A stretch of DNA of 64,000 nucleotides from Gekko japonicus (lineage: Eukaryota), in assembly GCF_001447785.1 (NCBI RefSeq), contig NW_015160262.1, positions 198,912-262,911 on the forward strand. Direction: 5' to 3'. Shown here one piece after another: positions 60,511-64,000 of the stretch; the stretch's first letter is position 1, and every line of letters starts with the position of its first letter. The position numbers and the translations under genes are program-made. The notes beneath the pieces are model-generated. The model made no database searches, was not told the DNA's origin, and saw nothing but the letters and a program-made list of their open reading frames with translations.

Positions 60511-60967
60511 GCTCTCAGATGAGCCAGGCTGCATGTTTAGCCAGATGAGAGGGTGGGTGTAATAATAATTATAGTATGGCATTGTGTGTAGAATAGCCAA
60601 AAGATCCTAAGATTGTCTGGCAGGAAGAAGTTCTAGCTTTTTTAGCATTACGCACCACTAGATGTCAAGCTAGACTTGTTTTTAAGGCAAGAGACATTTC
60701 AGAGGGGGTTTGCCATTGCCTGCCTCTGTGTCAGGAGGACCCTGGTATTCCTGGGAGGTTACCCTGTGCTTGACAGAGAGGCAGAAGCGGGCCTGTAAAA
60801 TTCTGCCTAAGCTCTTCAAGTGATGGGCATCGTGGTAGCTACCTGTTGCACGAATTGGGGGAGGCGAGTATTTACCACAGGTGGGCACAGTCATTGCTGC
60901 CACACAATGACACCCCTTCTGGTGTGACCTGGAAGCACTGACATTGCATCTGGGCAGTGCTCTAGCA

Positions 60968-61143
60968 CAGGCGTCCCCAACCTTTTTGAGCCTGCAGGCA
61001 CCTTTGAAATTCTGTCACTGGGCACAGTCACAAAATGGATGCTGCAAGAAGCAGCACCAACCACAAAACATCAGGCAGAAGTTCCATTTAACAGGATGCT
61101 TTTTAATGTGCACAGCCAGTCTGAGGCATGTTGAGGACCCCTG
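60968..61143. mobile_element. hAT-Charlie-like MITE
   Basis: TIRs CAGGCGTCCCCAAC / GTTGAGGACCCCTG; perfect TSD CTCTAGCA. Confidence 0.85.
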
Positions 61144-61472
61144 CTCTAGCACTTGCTCTTGGTCTCCAAGGATGGTTTCCCCCAACCTTCTGCCTCATAG
61201 CACCACGAAACACAGAAATTCAGTTCATATGTAGAATAGATTGAACATATTGGTGATCATGAAACTGTAACTAGAAACAGGATATAGAACTGTTTCACAT
61301 GGTAGCCACGTTGGTCTGCGGTAGATCATCTAAGGCCAATAGCACTGTAGAGACCCAGCTTATACTCCCAAAGTCTTGTTGGTCTCTAGGGTGCTATTGG
61401 ACTCGAATCTAGCAGGGCATAGAACTGTGGTGGTTGCAGCCTGGTTTGCTTCTGATTTTGTCTTTAAAATGC

Positions 61473-61690
61473 TGGATGGTCGAGGCTGGCCCAATCTTGT
61501 CAGATCTCAGAAGCTAAGCAGGGTCGATCCTGATTAGCACTTAGATGAGAGACCACCAAGGATATCCAGGGTTGCTATGCAGACGCAGGCAATGGCAAAT
61601 CACCTCTGAATGTCTCATGTTTTGAAAAACCCTATGGGGTTACTGCAAAGTAATGCAATAAGTTGCTTGCAACCTGCCAGCATTTTCCAC
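61473..61690 (+). mobile_element. 5S rRNA-derived SINE
   Basis: GATCTCAGAAGCTAAGCAGGGTCG head and the shared GGCAATGGCAAA body. Confidence 0.7.
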
Positions 61691-61945
61691 TGACACCAAA
61701 TTGGAGTTAAAACTGAGTATGCATGTCCAAAACTGTAAAACGCCTTGGATTGCAACCTGGTTGTTTAAGCTTCACTATAGTACTTTAAGGACTTTTAAGA
61801 TCTTATGCAGTTTACATACTTGTTCTGTTTTGCCTTTTATATACCTCACATGCTTTTACATACTTGTTCTTTTTTGACTTTTAAGAGGTATGTAAAGCTT
61901 GGGATTCTCTACAAGCGTAGCTGAAAAGGATATTGGAGAAAGAAA

Positions 61946-61969
61946 ATGATTGACATCTTTATACTGAAG
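61946..61969 (+). CDS. TDRD12: TDRD12 first coding exon: MIDIFILK (candidate acceptor ends at 61885)
   Basis: ATG...CTG AAG|gtattg gives 8 codons in phase 0, resembling the recalled human MLQLLVLK and splicing in frame to IENPDCFWV. Confidence 0.8.
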
Positions 61970-62098
61970 GTATTGTCTGTTTTTGATAAGTTCATGTCTG
62001 AGAATATTAAGACACTCTCTAAACATGAAATATGTTTCCTTTTGATAAGTAGTGTGATGTTTTAATATGGTTTTCACTATGATTTGCTGATTGATTAG

Positions 62099-62260
62099 AT
62101 TGAAAATCCAGACTGCTTTTGGGTTCACATCAAAGGAGGTGGAAGATTTTTAGAAAATGAAACAGATTATAAAAAACTTCACAAAGAAATGAATCTGTTC
62201 TATAACAAATCATGCAGAGGTGTGGATGAAGTCAAGCCATCTGTGTTAGAAGAAGGGCAG
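62099..62260 (+). CDS. TDRD12: TDRD12 coding exon: [54 protein letters not shown]
   Basis: ttag|...|gtaatt, 162 nt; matches the recalled TDRD12 IEDPGCFWV...LEEGQ (extended Tudor N-terminal part). Confidence 0.93.
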
Positions 62261-63191
62261 GTAATTTCATGCTAATGTTCAACTTTCGTGTGTACAAAAC
62301 AGAAAGGGGAAGAGTGAAAAATTAAGGTGTGTGTGGATATTAGTCACTTTGTTGTTCAGTCCTTTTCCAAACTAAACATGTAGTTTACTAATTCGGTGGG
62401 GGGGGGTTGAAATCCTAAAGTAGCAGTGCCATCCTAAGAGAGTTATAACCTTATATACCCATTATCTTCAATGGATATAGAAGGGTGTAACTCTGGTTAA
62501 GATGGCACTATGAGTTATACAGATATAAACACTGAACATGCTACGAGCTGATACTTTTTTTTAAAAAAAGAGCTTTATTATGTATTTTTCTCCAGTAGTA
62601 AAGAAATAGAACAGCAGGAACAACTTTGAAATTAAATTAATAAAATACAGCCTTTTATTTATGTCACCCTGTATATTTGTTCGTTTTGTCTGTGCATTTG
62701 GAGAGTAAAAATGACCCCAGCGTTGTTGGAGTATATACTGTCATTGAGAAATAAAATAAATTAAAAATCGCAACTGATTTTGTAAAGGTTGAGGAGTGCA
62801 TGGACTAGTGGAATATTGAACTTAAAGTGGTATTAGTTGTGTTTTTTCCCAGGGCTCTAGGTCAGTTTGTACTTTTTGGTGAGGGGTTTCATTCGCATTG
62901 AAAATGCATTATATTGTCTTAAATTTCAACAGAAGGCCCAGAAATGGAATATTGAATGCGACAGTAGAGAGTCATATTTGGCCAATATTTTATATGGGGT
63001 GTGTGGGTTTTCTTAAAGAAAAAATTGATGTCAGAGCTCTTTCTGTCTTTTTTTTTTTTTTTTTTTTTTTGAGAACCAACCTTAGGGTAATATATATATA
63101 TATTTATCTGTAAACTTGCTTTGAATTCCATCCAACTCAGCATGGTTTGTACAGAATCAAAAGCATACAGCATGATATGTTTCTTTTTCAG

Positions 63192-63328
63192 GTTTGTGTG
63201 GTTTATTCCCAGGAGCTGAAATCCTGGTGCAGGGCCATTGTTAAGTCAATTGTTTCATGTACAGATTGTTACCTCGTTGAGTGCTTCCTTGTAGACCATG
63301 CCAAGAGTGTTCCTGTGAAAGCAGACAG
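63192..63328 (+). CDS. TDRD12: TDRD12 coding exon (Tudor core): [45 protein letters not shown](R)
   Basis: tttttcag|...|gtatgt, 137 nt; WCRA and FLVD Tudor motifs. Confidence 0.95.
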
Positions 63329-63718
63329 GTATGTCATGACGTTGGGTAAAGTCTCTGTACAGTGTACATATCGTGGCCTAAGACAAGACCTTTGAGATCT
63401 AAAAGGAACATCAGTGTTAGCCTTTTCCCCCATGAGCTTTCTCAGTCACTGCAGTCTAGCTGATGGACTGATATAGGTGGAGCTGGAAACACCTGGATTC
63501 ATATTTTAATGAATTTGCTGAATGATCTTGGGCAGATCACCATCTTGTCCCCATTTTATAAAGGAGGAATAACAGCACATACAGCACAGAACTGTTGAGA
63601 GAGCAAATGAGCGAGAATTTGTGTATAATTTATTTTGTATGAAATATTCAGTTTTTAGAAAGGGGCTTGTTTGTCAAGGCTTAATAATACTATGTTCTGA
63701 AATCTGTCTGTTTTCAAG

Positions 63719-63838
63719 GATTTGTATTGCCTTAGAATCATTTATGAGACTGCCTTACAGGGCAAAGAAGTTTAGGCTGTACTGTACAAAACCAGTAACC
63801 CTGCGTGTTGACTACAGTAACAACAGTGCAGAGATTGT
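63719..63838 (+). CDS. TDRD12: TDRD12 coding exon: [39 protein letters not shown](V)
   Basis: ttttcaag|...|gtaagt, 120 nt, phase 2/2; [17 protein letters not shown] motif. Confidence 0.95.
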
Positions 63839-64000
63839 GTAAGTATGATTTGTGAGGGATTATGTGATGTTATTTTTCAGCATTATGGTTTCTGTAGGCT
63901 AGATCTTCCAGACAGCAGTTTGAATAATGCTCACAATAGCTGCAAGGTAGGTCCTCTCCATTTAACAGTTCCCAGTCTGTAGAAAACACCCCACCTTGTG

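Overview
Vertebrate (squamate, most likely gecko) genomic DNA, not prokaryotic. It holds the conserved block ANKRD27 (minus strand; putative non-coding exon 1 plus ten coding exons, gene continues past the left edge), RGS9BP (plus, intronless, head-to-head with ANKRD27 on a shared CpG island), NUDT19 (plus, 3 exons, assembly gap in exon 1, C-terminal PTS1 SRL) and TDRD12 (plus, first four coding exons, continues past the right edge). Introns and intergenic DNA are rich in transposons: Sauria SINEs, Squam3-type SINEs, 5S-derived SINEs, hAT-type MITEs with 8-bp TSDs, CR1 and L2 LINEs, and Penelope-like fragments. The most notable structures are: (i) an internally deleted Tf1/sushi-type chromovirus LTR element (36291-40116, 5-bp TSD) whose PBS is not tRNA-like but is complementary to the predicted first 11 nt of its own transcript, a self-priming signature; (ii) a CR1 with an intact 965-codon ORF2 nested inside a hAT MITE in NUDT19 intron 1; (iii) a degenerate ~65-75 bp, mostly A/B-alternating tandem array running into the NUDT19 promoter; (iv) a tandem duplication that copies the ANKRD27 exon-2 splice acceptor; (v) a TDRD12 start-codon exon about 4.5 kb downstream of its CpG island. 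I see no evidence for a wholly new gene system. Gene and repeat names rest on recalled sequence similarity, not database searches, and repeat boundaries without a TSD are approximate.
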